A stretch of 64,000 nucleotides of DNA, from assembly GCF_054482525.1 (NCBI RefSeq), contig NZ_CM137006.1, one strand, 5' to 3'. The notes under the pieces were generated by a model. That model searched no databases and was not told the DNA's origin. It was given only the letters and a program-made list of their open reading frames with translations. The position numbers and the translations under genes are program-made. Below are positions 40,759-50,143 of the stretch, piece by piece. Position 1 is the stretch's first letter, and each line of letters starts with the position of its first letter.

Positions 40759-42809
40759 TGAGCGCGCTCAACTCCCTGCCATTACCGGTGGTCAGGCTGC
40801 TGGCGTTCTTTCATGAAGAGTTAAGCGAGCGGCGACCAGGCCGCGTGCCGCAGACTATGCAACTCTGGGTAGGCTGCCTGCTGGTGATTCTGATCTCGAT
40901 GACTTTTGAGATCCCTTTTGTGGCGTTATCGCTGGCAGTGCTGTTTTACGGTATTCAGTCGAACGCGTTTTACACCAAATTTGTCGCGATCTTGTTTGTG
41001 GTCGCCACGATGCTGGAGATCGGCAGCCTGTTTTTGATCTACAAATGGTCATATGGCGAACCGTTGATCCGATTGATCATCGCCGGACCGATCCTGATGG
41101 GCTGCATGTTTTTGATGCGCACCCATCGGCTGGGGCTGGTCTTTTTCGCCGTCGCCATTGTCGCTATTTACGGGCAAACCTTCCCCGCCATGCTCGACTA
41201 TCCGGAAGTGGTCGTGCGCTTAACCCTGTGGTGTATCGTTGTCGGCCTCTACCCGACGTTATTGATGACGTTAATCGGCGTGCTGTGGTTTCCCAGCCGC
41301 GCTATCACGCAGATGCATCAGGCGCTTAATGATCGGCTTGATGATGCCATTAGTCACCTGACGGACAGCCTCGCACCGCTACCCGAAACGCGGATTGAAA
41401 GAGAGGCGCTGGCGCTGCAAAAACTCAATGTCTTTTGCCTCGCGGACGATGCCAACTGGCGAACTCAGAGCGCATGGTGGCAAAGCTGCGTGGCAACGGT
41501 AACCTACATTTACTCGACGCTGAATCGCTACGATCCCACCTCTTTTGCTGATTCTCAGGCAATTATTGAATTTCGGCAAAAATTAGCCTCAGAAATCAAC
41601 AAACTGCAGCATGCCATTGCCGAAGGTCAGTGCTGGCAAAGCGACTGGCGGATCACTGAAAGTGAAGCGATGGCGGCACGGGAATGTAACCTGGAGAATA
41701 TCTGCCAGACATTGTTGCAACTGGGTCAGATGGACCCGAATACGCCGCCAACGCCCGCCGCCAAACCGCCATCAATGGTCGCCGATGCTTTTACCAATCC
41801 AGACTATATGCGCTACGCGGTAAAAACGCTGCTCGCCTGTTTGATCTGTTACACCTTCTACAGCGGCGTGGACTGGGAAGGCATTCACACCTGTATGCTG
41901 ACCTGCGTGATCGTCGCTAACCCGAATGTTGGTTCGTCGTATCAGAAAATGGCGCTGCGTTTTGGCGGTGCCTTCTGCGGTGCAATTCTGGCGCTGTTAT
42001 TCACGTTACTGGTCATGCCCTGGCTGGACAATATTGTCGAATTGCTATTTGTGCTGGCACCGATTTTTCTGTTGGGCGCATGGATTGCCACCAGCTCTGA
42101 ACGCTCTTCTTATATCGGCACACAGATGGTGGTCACCTTCGCGCTCGCCACGCTCGAAAACGTTTTTGGCCCGGTGTACGACCTGGTGGAAATTCGCGAT
42201 CGCGCCCTGGGTATCATCATTGGTACCGTGGTGTCCGCGGTGATTTACACCTTTGTCTGGCCTGAAAGTGAAGCGCGCACACTGCCGCAAAAACTGGCTG
42301 GCGCGCTGGGTATGTTGAGTAAAGTAATGCGGATCCCACGCCAGCAGGAAGTCACGGCTCTGCGCACTTATCTGCAAATTCGTATAGGTCTGCATGCGGC
42401 GTTTAATGCCTGTGAAGAGATGTGCCAACGCGTGGCGCTGGAGCGTCAACTGGACAGCGAAGAACGCGCTTTACTGATTGAACGTTCGCAAACGGTTATT
42501 CGTCAGGGCCGCGATATTCTTCACGCCTGGGATGCAACCTGGAACTCGGCGCAGGCGCTGGATAACGCACTACAGCCGGACAGAGCAGGTCAGTTTGCCG
42601 ACGCACTGGAGAAATACGCTGCCGGTCTGGCAACCGCACTCAGCCGTTCTCCTCAAATAACGCTTGAAGAAACACCCGCCTCGCAGGCCATCCTGCCGAC
42701 CTTATTAAAACAGGAACAACACGTCTGCCAGCTTTTCGCCCGCTTGCCAGACTGGACAGCCCCGGCATTAACGCCCGCCAAGGAACAGGTACAAGGAGCC
42801 ACGCAATGA
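40758..42809 (+). CDS. mdtO: Efflux pump inner membrane component MdtO (aromatic acid exporter/FUSC family), 683 aa
   Basis: Two hydrophobic domains separated by cytoplasmic region; operon position. Confidence 0.88.
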   Translation: MSALNSLPLPVVRLLAFFHEELSERRPGRVPQTMQLWVGCLLVILISMTFEIPFVALSLAVLFYGIQSNAFYTKFVAILFVVATMLEIGSLFLIYKWSYGEPLIRLIIAGPILMGCMFLMRTHRLGLVFFAVAIVAIYGQTFPAMLDYPEVVVRLTLWCIVVGLYPTLLMTLIGVLWFPSRAITQMHQALNDRLDDAISHLTDSLAPLPETRIEREALALQKLNVFCLADDANWRTQSAWWQSCVATVTYIYSTLNRYDPTSFADSQAIIEFRQKLASEINKLQHAIAEGQCWQSDWRITESEAMAARECNLENICQTLLQLGQMDPNTPPTPAAKPPSMVADAFTNPDYMRYAVKTLLACLICYTFYSGVDWEGIHTCMLTCVIVANPNVGSSYQKMALRFGGAFCGAILALLFTLLVMPWLDNIVELLFVLAPIFLLGAWIATSSERSSYIGTQMVVTFALATLENVFGPVYDLVEIRDRALGIIIGTVVSAVIYTFVWPESEARTLPQKLAGALGMLSKVMRIPRQQEVTALRTYLQIRIGLHAAFNACEEMCQRVALERQLDSEERALLIERSQTVIRQGRDILHAWDATWNSAQALDNALQPDRAGQFADALEKYAAGLATALSRSPQITLEETPASQAILPTLLKQEQHVCQLFARLPDWTAPALTPAKEQVQGATQ

Positions 42810-44305
42810 TCAATCGTCAACTTTCACGTCTGCTGTTGTGCAGCATTCTCGGCAGCACGACGCTGATTTCCGGCTGTGCCCTGGTACGTAAGGATTCTGC
42901 ACCTCATCAACAGCTCAAACCGGAACAAATCAAACTGGCCGATGATATTCATCTTGCCAGCTCCGGCTGGCCGCAGGCGCAGTGGTGGAAACAACTCAAT
43001 GACCCGCAGCTGGATGCGCTGATCCAACGGACGCTAAGTGGTTCACACACCCTCGCCGAAGCGAAACTGCGGGAAGAAAAAGCGCAGTCGCAGGCCGATT
43101 TGTTAGATGCCGGTTCACAGTTGCAGGTGGCCGCGTTAGGGATGCTCAACCGACAACGTGTCTCGGCGAACGGCTTTTTAAGCCCTTATGCGATGGATGC
43201 GCCAGCACTGGGTATGGACGGGCCGTACTATACGGAAGCCACAGTCGGTTTGTTTGCCGGACTGGATCTTGATTTGTGGGGTGTGCATCGCTCAGCGGTT
43301 GCCGCCGCCATTGGCGCGCATAATGCCGCGCTGGCAGAAACCGCAGCAGTAGAGCTATCGCTGACCACGGGCGTAGCGCAGCTTTATTACAGTATGCAGG
43401 CCAGCTATCAGATGCTCGATCTGTTAGAACAAACACGCGATGTGATTGATTACGCGGTGAAAGCGCACCAGAGTAAAGTGGCGCACGGTCTGGAAGCGCA
43501 CCAGAGTAAAGTGGCGCACGGTCTGGAAGCGCAAGTGCCTTTCCACGGCGCGCGGGCACAGATTCTGGCGGTCGATAAACAAATTGCTGCCGTTAAAGGG
43601 CAAATCACCGAAACGCGAGAATCTCTGCGTGCATTGATTGGCGCGGGAGCCAGCGATATGCCGGAGATCAAACCGGTGGCATTACCGCAAGTCCAGACCG
43701 GCATTCCGGCGACACTCTCTTATGAGTTGCTCGCCAGACGCCCGGATCTGCAAGCCATGCGCTGGTATGTTCAGGCGTCATTAGATCAGGTGGATTCCGC
43801 GCGGGCGCTGTTCTATCCGAGCTTTGATATCAAAGCGTTTTTCGGCCTGGATTCTATCCACCTGGATACCTTATTCAAAAAAACCAGTCGCCAGTTCAAC
43901 TTTATCCCAGGTCTGAAATTGCCGCTGTTTGACGGTGGACGGTTGAATGCCAATCTCGAAGGCACTCGCGCCGCCAGCAACATGATGATTGAACGTTACA
44001 ACCAGTCAGTGCTGAATGCGGTGCGCGACGTTGCCGTCAACGGCACGCGTCTGCAAACGCTCAACGACGAGCGAGAGATGCAGGCTGAACGCGTGGAAGC
44101 AACGCGCTTCACCCAGCGCGCTGCCGAGGCCGCCTATCAACGCGGCTTAACCAGCCGCTTACAGGCCACCGAAGCCCGGTTGCCAGTGCTTGCCGAGGAG
44201 ATGTCATTACTGATGCTGGACAGCCGCCGGGTGATCCAAAGCATTCAGTTGATGAAATCGCTGGGCGGCGGGTATCAGGCAAGTCCCGTCGTCGAGAAAA
44301 AATAA
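42806..44305 (+). CDS. mdtP: Outer membrane efflux factor MdtP (TolC-like), 499 aa, containing an 11-residue tandem duplication
   Basis: Lipoprotein signal (LISGCAL); OMF family; internal repeat HQSKVAHGLEA x2. Confidence 0.88.
   Translation: MINRQLSRLLLCSILGSTTLISGCALVRKDSAPHQQLKPEQIKLADDIHLASSGWPQAQWWKQLNDPQLDALIQRTLSGSHTLAEAKLREEKAQSQADLLDAGSQLQVAALGMLNRQRVSANGFLSPYAMDAPALGMDGPYYTEATVGLFAGLDLDLWGVHRSAVAAAIGAHNAALAETAAVELSLTTGVAQLYYSMQASYQMLDLLEQTRDVIDYAVKAHQSKVAHGLEAHQSKVAHGLEAQVPFHGARAQILAVDKQIAAVKGQITETRESLRALIGAGASDMPEIKPVALPQVQTGIPATLSYELLARRPDLQAMRWYVQASLDQVDSARALFYPSFDIKAFFGLDSIHLDTLFKKTSRQFNFIPGLKLPLFDGGRLNANLEGTRAASNMMIERYNQSVLNAVRDVAVNGTRLQTLNDEREMQAERVEATRFTQRAAEAAYQRGLTSRLQATEARLPVLAEEMSLLMLDSRRVIQSIQLMKSLGGGYQASPVVEKK
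43461..43533 (+). repeat. Perfect 33 bp tandem duplication (aagcgcaccagagtaaagtggcgcacggtctgg x2, plus 7 bp of a third unit) inside mdtP
   Basis: Read directly from sequence; in-frame. Confidence 0.95.
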
Positions 44306-44313
44306 AATGTCTG

Positions 44314-44346
44314 CCGCGTGATGGCTGTCACGCGGTATTTCGTTTC
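44314..44346 (+). terminator. Terminator hairpin ccgcgtga tggctg tcacgcgg followed by T-rich tract, after mdtP
   Basis: Perfect 8 bp inverted repeat then tatttcgtttcg. Confidence 0.5.
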
Positions 44347-44435
44347 GTCACGTCAAAACTGACGACAGCCTGTTTTTCGTCAGAGTTTTGAATAAATAGT
44401 GCCCGTAATATCAGGGAATGACCCCAAATAAAATG

Positions 44436-44451
44436 TGGCATAAAAGATGCA
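44436..44451 (+). promoter_or_regulatory. Sigma-54 promoter of fdhF (TGGCAtaaaagaTGCAt; GG and GC 12 nt apart)
   Basis: -24/-12 consensus read from sequence about 50 bp upstream of fdhF ATG; fdhF is known to be sigma-54/FhlA dependent. Confidence 0.7.
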
Positions 44452-44502
44452 TACTGTAGTCGAGAGCGCGTATGCGTGATTTGATTAACTGGAGCGAGAC
44501 CG

Positions 44503-46650
44503 ATGAAAAAAGTCGTCACGGTTTGCCCCTATTGCGCATCAGGTTGCAAAATCAACCTGGTCGTCGATAACGGCAAAATCGTCCGGGCGGAGGCAGCGCA
44601 GGGGAAAACCAACCAGGGTACCCTGTGTCTGAAGGGTTATTATGGCTGGGATTTCATTAACGATACCCAGATCCTGACCCCGCGCCTGAAAACCCCCATG
44701 ATCCGTCGCCAGCGTGGCGGCAAACTCGAACCTGTTTCCTGGGATGAGGCACTGAATTACGTTGCCGAGCGCCTGAGCGCCATCAAAGAGAAGTACGGTC
44801 CGGATGCCATCCAGACGACCGGCTCCTCGCGTGGTACGGGTAACGAAACCAACTATGTAATGCAAAAATTTGCGCGCGCCGTTATTGGTACCAATAACGT
44901 TGACTGCTGCGCTCGTGTCTGACACGGCCCATCGGTTGCAGGTCTGCACCAATCGGTCGGTAATGGCGCAATGAGCAATGCTATTAACGAAATTGATAAT
45001 ACCGATTTAGTGTTCGTTTTCGGGTACAACCCGGCGGATTCCCACCCAATCGTGGCGAACCACGTAATTAACGCTAAACGTAACGGGGCGAAAATTATCG
45101 TCTGCGATCCGCGCAAAATTGAAACCGCGCGCATTGCTGACATGCACATTGCACTGAAAAACGGCTCGAACATCGCGCTGTTGAATGCGATGGGCCATGT
45201 CATTATTGAAGAAAATCTGTACGACAAAGCATTCGTCGCTTCCCGTACAGAAGGCTTTGAAGAGTATCGTAAAATCGTTGAAGGCTACACGCCGGAGTCG
45301 GTTGAAGATATCACCGGCGTCAGCGCCAATGAGATTCGTCAGGCGGCACGGATGTATGCCCAGGCGAAAAGCGCCGCCATCCTGTGGGGCATGGGTGTAA
45401 CCCAGTTCTACCAGGGCGTGGAAACCGTGCGTTCTCTGACCAGCCTCGCGATGCTGACCGGTAACCTCGGTAAGCCACATGCGGGTGTTAACCCGGTTCG
45501 TGGTCAGAACAACGTACAGGGTGCCTGCGATATGGGCGCGCTGCCGGATACGTATCCGGGATACCAGTACGTGAAAGATCCGGCTAACCGCGAGAAATTC
45601 GCCAAAGCCTGGGGCGTGGAAAGCCTGCCTGCTCATACCGGTTATCGCATCAGCGAGCTGCCGCACCGCGCAGCGCATGGTGAAGTGCGTGCCGCGTACA
45701 TTATGGGCGAAGATCCGCTGCAAACTGACGCGGAGCTGTCGGCAGTACGTAAAGCCTTTGAAGATCTGGAACTGGTTATCGTTCAGGACATCTTTATGAC
45801 CAAAACCGCGTCGGCGGCGGATGTTATTTTACCGTCAACGTCGTGGGGCGAGCATGAAGGCGTGTTTACTGCGGCTGACCGTGGCTTCCAGCGTTTCTTC
45901 AAAGCGGTTGAACCGAAGTGGGATCTGAAAACGGACTGGCAGATTATCAGTGAAATCGCCACTCGTATGGGTTATCCGATGCACTACAACAACACCCAGG
46001 AGATCTGGGATGAGTTGCGTCATCTGTGCCCGGATTTCTACGGTGCGACTTACGAGAAAATGGGCGAACTGGGCTTCATTCAGTGGCCTTGCCGCGATAC
46101 TTCAGATGCCGATCAGGGGACTTCTTATCTGTTTAAAGAGAAGTTTGATACCCCGAACGGTCTGGCGCAGTTCTTCACCTGCGACTGGGTAGCGCCAATC
46201 GACAAACTCACCGACGAGTACCCGATGGTACTGTCAACGGTGCGTGAAGTTGGTCACTACTCTTGCCGTTCGATGACCGGTAACTGTGCGGCACTGGCGG
46301 CGCTGGCTGATGAACCTGGCTACGCACAAATCAATACCGAAGACGCCAAACGTCTGGGTATTGAAGATGAGGCATTGGTTTGGGTGCACTCGCGTAAAGG
46401 CAAAATTATCACCCGTGCGCAGGTCAGCGATCGTCCGAACAAAGGGGCGATTTATATGACCTACCAGTGGTGGATTGGTGCCTGTAACGAGCTGGTTACC
46501 GAAAACTTAAGCCCGATTACGAAAACGCCGGAATACAAATACTGCGCCGTGCGCGTCGAGCCGATCGCCGATCAGCGCGCCGCCGAGCAGTACGTGATTG
46601 ACGAGTACAACAAGTTGAAAACTCGCCTGCGCGAAGCGGCACTGGCGTAA
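44503..46650 (+). CDS. fdhF: Formate dehydrogenase H (selenocysteine-containing molybdoenzyme) FdhF, 715 aa with in-frame UGA (Sec) at 44920..44922
   Basis: Two adjacent same-frame ORFs (44503..44922 and 44971..46650) joined by a TGA; N-terminal 4Fe-4S Cys motif CPYCASGC; SECIS hairpin follows the TGA. Confidence 0.93.
44920..44970 (+). other. SECIS element: UGA plus downstream stem-loop (cacggcccatcggttgcaggtctgcaccaatcggtcgg)
   Basis: Matches the fdhF SECIS hairpin as I recall it; positioned immediately 3-prime of the in-frame TGA. Confidence 0.8.
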
Positions 46651-46664
46651 TACAGTCCTTTCTA

Positions 46665-46691
46665 CAGCCTCCTTTCGGAGGCTGTTTTTTT
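46665..46691 (+). terminator. Rho-independent terminator of fdhF (cagcctcc tttc ggaggctg + T7)
   Basis: Perfect hairpin followed by T-run. Confidence 0.8.
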
Positions 46692-46743
46692 ATCCATTCG
46701 AACTCTTTATACTGGTTACTCCCTACCCAATCGTATTATCAAA

Positions 46744-47433
46744 ATGAAAAAAATTATCGCATTGATGTTGTTTTTGACATTCTTTGCCCACGCGAACGAC
46801 TCCGAGCCTGGCAGCCAGTATTTAAAGGCAGCAGAGGCCGGGGACCGACGCGCACAATATTTTCTTGCCGACAGCTGGTTTAGCTCCGGCGATTTGAGCA
46901 AAGCCGAATATTGGGCACAGAAAGCCGCCGACAGCGGTGATGCTGATGCCTGCGCGCTGTTGGCGCAGATCAAAATCACCAATCCGGTCAGTCTGGACTA
47001 TCCACAAGCAAAAGTTCTTGCAGAGAAAGCAGCGCAAGCGGGGAGTAAAGAAGGTGAAGTAACGCTGGCGCATATTCTGGTAAATACGCAAGCGGGTAAA
47101 CCGGATTATCCAAAGGCGATTTCGCTGTTAGAAAACGCTTCGGAAGATCTGGAGAACGACTCTGCCGTCGATGCCCAAATGCTGCTTGGTTTGATTTACG
47201 CCAACGGCGTGGGCATTAAGGCCGACGATGACAAGGCAACCTGGTATTTCAAACGCAGCTCTGCGATTTCACGAACCGGTTATTCCGAGTACTGGGCGGG
47301 AATGATGTTCTTAAACGGTGAAGAAGGTTTTATCGAGAAGAACAAACAAAAGGCGCTGCACTGGCTGAACCTGAGCTGTATGGAAGGGTTTGATACCGGG
47401 TGTGAGGAGTTTGAAAAATTAACTAACGGTTAA
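46744..47433 (+). CDS. yjcO: Sel1-repeat (TPR-like) periplasmic protein YjcO, 229 aa
   Basis: Signal peptide then repeated Sel1-like motifs. Confidence 0.82.
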   Translation: MKKIIALMLFLTFFAHANDSEPGSQYLKAAEAGDRRAQYFLADSWFSSGDLSKAEYWAQKAADSGDADACALLAQIKITNPVSLDYPQAKVLAEKAAQAGSKEGEVTLAHILVNTQAGKPDYPKAISLLENASEDLENDSAVDAQMLLGLIYANGVGIKADDDKATWYFKRSSAISRTGYSEYWAGMMFLNGEEGFIEKNKQKALHWLNLSCMEGFDTGCEEFEKLTNG

Positions 47434-47435
47434 GG

Positions 47436-47510
47436 TAGGCCTGATAAGACGCGGTAAGCGTCGCATCAGGCATCCACATATTGCCGGGTGGATATCCCCG
47501 GCAATCTTCA
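47436..47510. repeat. REP element plus adjacent palindrome (aggcctgataagacgcggtaagcgtcgcatcaggcat; ccgggtggatatccccgg)
   Basis: Canonical REP in yjcO-gltP convergent intergenic region. Confidence 0.75.
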
Positions 47511-47511
47511 A

Positions 47512-48825
47512 TTATTGATCCGCAGTTTTATCAAATTTGCCCAGCACTTCACGCTCATAAGCCAGCGCTTTCTTACGGTCAAATTTGTGTTCCCACTTGG
47601 CAATCACCAGCACCGCCAGCGCATTACCCACCACGTTCAGCGCAGTACGCGCCATATCGAGGATACGGTCAACACCGGCAATAAATGCCAGACCTTCCAG
47701 CGGAATACCTACGCTACCCAGCGTTGCCAGCAGCACCACAAACGACACGCCCGGCACGCCAGCAATCCCTTTCGAGGTCACCATCAGCGTCAGCACCAGA
47801 ATGATTTCCTGCCAGATGGACAGGTCAATGCCATACAACTGCGCGATGAAGATAGCGGCAATACTTTGATACAGCGTCGAACCATCAAGGTTAAAAGAGT
47901 AACCGGTCGGCACCACGAAACTGGTGATCGACGCCGGTGCACCGTAGGCTTCCATCTTCTCAATAATTCGCGGCAACACGCTTTCAGAGCTGGCAGTGGA
48001 GTACGCCAGAATCAGCTCATCTTTCAGAATACGAATCAGGATCCAGACGCTTAACCCGCACAGGCGCGCCACAATTCCCAGCACTACCAGCGCGAAGAAC
48101 AGAATGGCGAAATGCACCAGCAGCACCAGTTTCGCCAGTGGCCACAGAGAAGAGAAACCAAAGTTAGCCACCGTCACCGCAATCAGCGCAAACACACCCA
48201 CCGGTGCATAACGCATCACCATGTGAGTCACTTTAAACATGGTTTCAGAGATGGAGCGGAACACGGTCACCAGCGGTTCACGATGCGTCGCGGGCAGGGA
48301 GGAAAGCCCCAGACCAAACAGCACCGAGAAGAAGATGATCGGCAGCATTTCGCCTTTCGCCATCGACGCCACAATGTTCGTCGGCACCAGCGACAAAATC
48401 GTGCCCATAATGCCGTGGGAACTGCTTTGTACCGCTTCCGTAGTGCTCTGATATTTCGAGATATCGACGGTCGCCAGCTGCGACATATCCACCCCGGCAC
48501 CGGGCTGGAAGACGTTCGCCAGAGTGATCCCCAAAATGATGGCGACGGTGGTGATCACCTCGAAGTAAATAATGGTTTTCGCGCCAATACGCCCGAGCTG
48601 TTTGGCATCACCAACACCCGCGATACCCACCACCAGCGTGGAGATCACAATCGGCACAACAATCATTTTGATCAGATGGATGAAGATATCACCCGCCGGA
48701 GAGAGCAAATTGACGACCAGCCAGTCGCGGCTGTCGCTATGGTAGTGCAGGTAGCTTCCCAGGAGAATGCCCAGCACCATAGCAAACAGAATCTGCCAAG
48801 CCAGGCTGAATTTTATATTTTTCAT
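47512..48825 (-). CDS. gltP: Glutamate/aspartate:proton symporter GltP (DAACS family), 437 aa
   Basis: Full-length ORF; translation matches GltP. Confidence 0.93.
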   Translation of the reverse strand: MKNIKFSLAWQILFAMVLGILLGSYLHYHSDSRDWLVVNLLSPAGDIFIHLIKMIVVPIVISTLVVGIAGVGDAKQLGRIGAKTIIYFEVITTVAIILGITLANVFQPGAGVDMSQLATVDISKYQSTTEAVQSSSHGIMGTILSLVPTNIVASMAKGEMLPIIFFSVLFGLGLSSLPATHREPLVTVFRSISETMFKVTHMVMRYAPVGVFALIAVTVANFGFSSLWPLAKLVLLVHFAILFFALVVLGIVARLCGLSVWILIRILKDELILAYSTASSESVLPRIIEKMEAYGAPASITSFVVPTGYSFNLDGSTLYQSIAAIFIAQLYGIDLSIWQEIILVLTLMVTSKGIAGVPGVSFVVLLATLGSVGIPLEGLAFIAGVDRILDMARTALNVVGNALAVLVIAKWEHKFDRKKALAYEREVLGKFDKTADQ

Positions 48826-49166
48826 CAGAATAACTTCCTCAATGGAGCGCCGTTCCCCGTTCAGAAACGCGAGAACGTGACATACTGCCAGGGCATGAAT
48901 TGTGTTGCGTTGGTTTGTAGATTTTTTTAACGCTTATGATCAGTATCATTTGCGCGGTATGTTGCGCAACCCTTTAACAACAGAGCTTTTCGCTGCATTA
49001 ATGCATAATAACGCGAGTTTATGGCAGGATTAATGAATAACCATTTGTTATGGAAAGATTTTTATTTGTTTAATCTGCAATAATACTGATTGGTTATTAT
49101 TTTTGGCATATGTTCATTCGATTATTTTTTATGCAGCTCAATAACATAATCTTCATCACCAGATGA

Positions 49167-49763
49167 TTAATCTGATCTCCGCTGCAACAGTTTCGCCAAA
49201 TTAATCGACTCGACCAGCTGTGTCCGGTTGATCCGGGGTGAGTTGAGATCCATCACTTTTTGCCATAGTTCGATGGCTTGCGCGTAATTCGCCTGCATAA
49301 ACGCATCGGAAGCCAGCAGCATCAGAGCGGTGATTTCGTTAGAGTCCAGCGCGAGGGCTTTGTCGATCATTGCGCGAGTCTGGGCGGTCATATGCTGGCT
49401 GGCCTGGTAATAAAGCACCGTCGCCAGCGCCGCATACAGTTCAGCGTTCTCACCACGTAGTTGCAACGCCTGACGGTACGCCAGCAGCGAATTGCTGTAA
49501 TCGTTTTGCCACAGATAATACTCGCCCAGTAACGCCCATTGTTCGCTGTTTTGTGGATTAGTGCGGATTTTATCCTGCAATGCCTGAAGCTGCGCTTCCG
49601 GGGTTTGCTGGTTGGCAAACTGATGTAGCGGATCGCGCTGACGCTGATACTCCGCACGTACCGCCTGCCATTTTGGGCTTAACAGATAACTGCCGATACA
49701 GAGAAATACCATCAATATCGTGAGTGTTGTCAGCATTTTCACCGGTATTTGAGGCTGTTTCAT
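49167..49763 (-). CDS. nrfG: TPR-repeat protein NrfG (cytochrome c552 heme-attachment accessory), 198 aa
   Basis: Start at [14 protein letters not shown]; TPR repeats; operon position. Confidence 0.88.
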   Translation of the reverse strand: MKQPQIPVKMLTTLTILMVFLCIGSYLLSPKWQAVRAEYQRQRDPLHQFANQQTPEAQLQALQDKIRTNPQNSEQWALLGEYYLWQNDYSNSLLAYRQALQLRGENAELYAALATVLYYQASQHMTAQTRAMIDKALALDSNEITALMLLASDAFMQANYAQAIELWQKVMDLNSPRINRTQLVESINLAKLLQRRSD

Positions 49764-50143
49764 CGCTTCGCCCTTACCCGCCAGAGGATCAGTATCATCA
49801 GCAGTAACAACACCACTGGCAGCGCCCACAACACCAGAGTCTGACCGGTTAACGGTGGGTTATAGCGAACAAAATCTCCGTAGCGTTCGGTCATCCAGCC
49901 AATGATTTCGACTTCACTTTTCCCCTCCGCCACCATGCTGTAAACCTGATGGCGCATACTGACTGCCACCGGCGCATTGGATTCCAGTAAGTTTTGATTC
50001 TGGCACTGCGGACAACGTAACTGGCTGGCAATATTTAACGCCTGTTCCTGTTGTTGCGGATTGGCGAATTGCCAGGTGTCTACAACCTGAGCGCGCGCAA
50101 AACAGGTAAATAACAGCAGTAGCGTGAGAAGCGCTTTATTCAT
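49760..50143 (-). CDS. nrfF: NrfF (CcmH-like thiol-disulfide protein), 127 aa
   Basis: Signal peptide, CPQC motif. Confidence 0.9.
   Translation of the reverse strand: MNKALLTLLLLFTCFARAQVVDTWQFANPQQQEQALNIASQLRCPQCQNQNLLESNAPVAVSMRHQVYSMVAEGKSEVEIIGWMTERYGDFVRYNPPLTGQTLVLWALPVVLLLLMILILWRVRAKR

Noticed and set aside
43461-43533. Possible CRISPR or minisatellite array
   Set aside because: Only two perfect adjacent copies with no spacers, located inside the mdtP coding frame; this is a simple tandem duplication.
44503-44922. 139 aa ORF that looks like a separate small Cys-rich gene
   Set aside because: It is the N-terminal part of fdhF up to the selenocysteine UGA, not an independent gene.
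48112-48930. 272 aa plus-strand His/Arg-rich ORF overlapping gltP
   Set aside because: Antisense to gltP, extreme low-complexity composition, no plausible start context.
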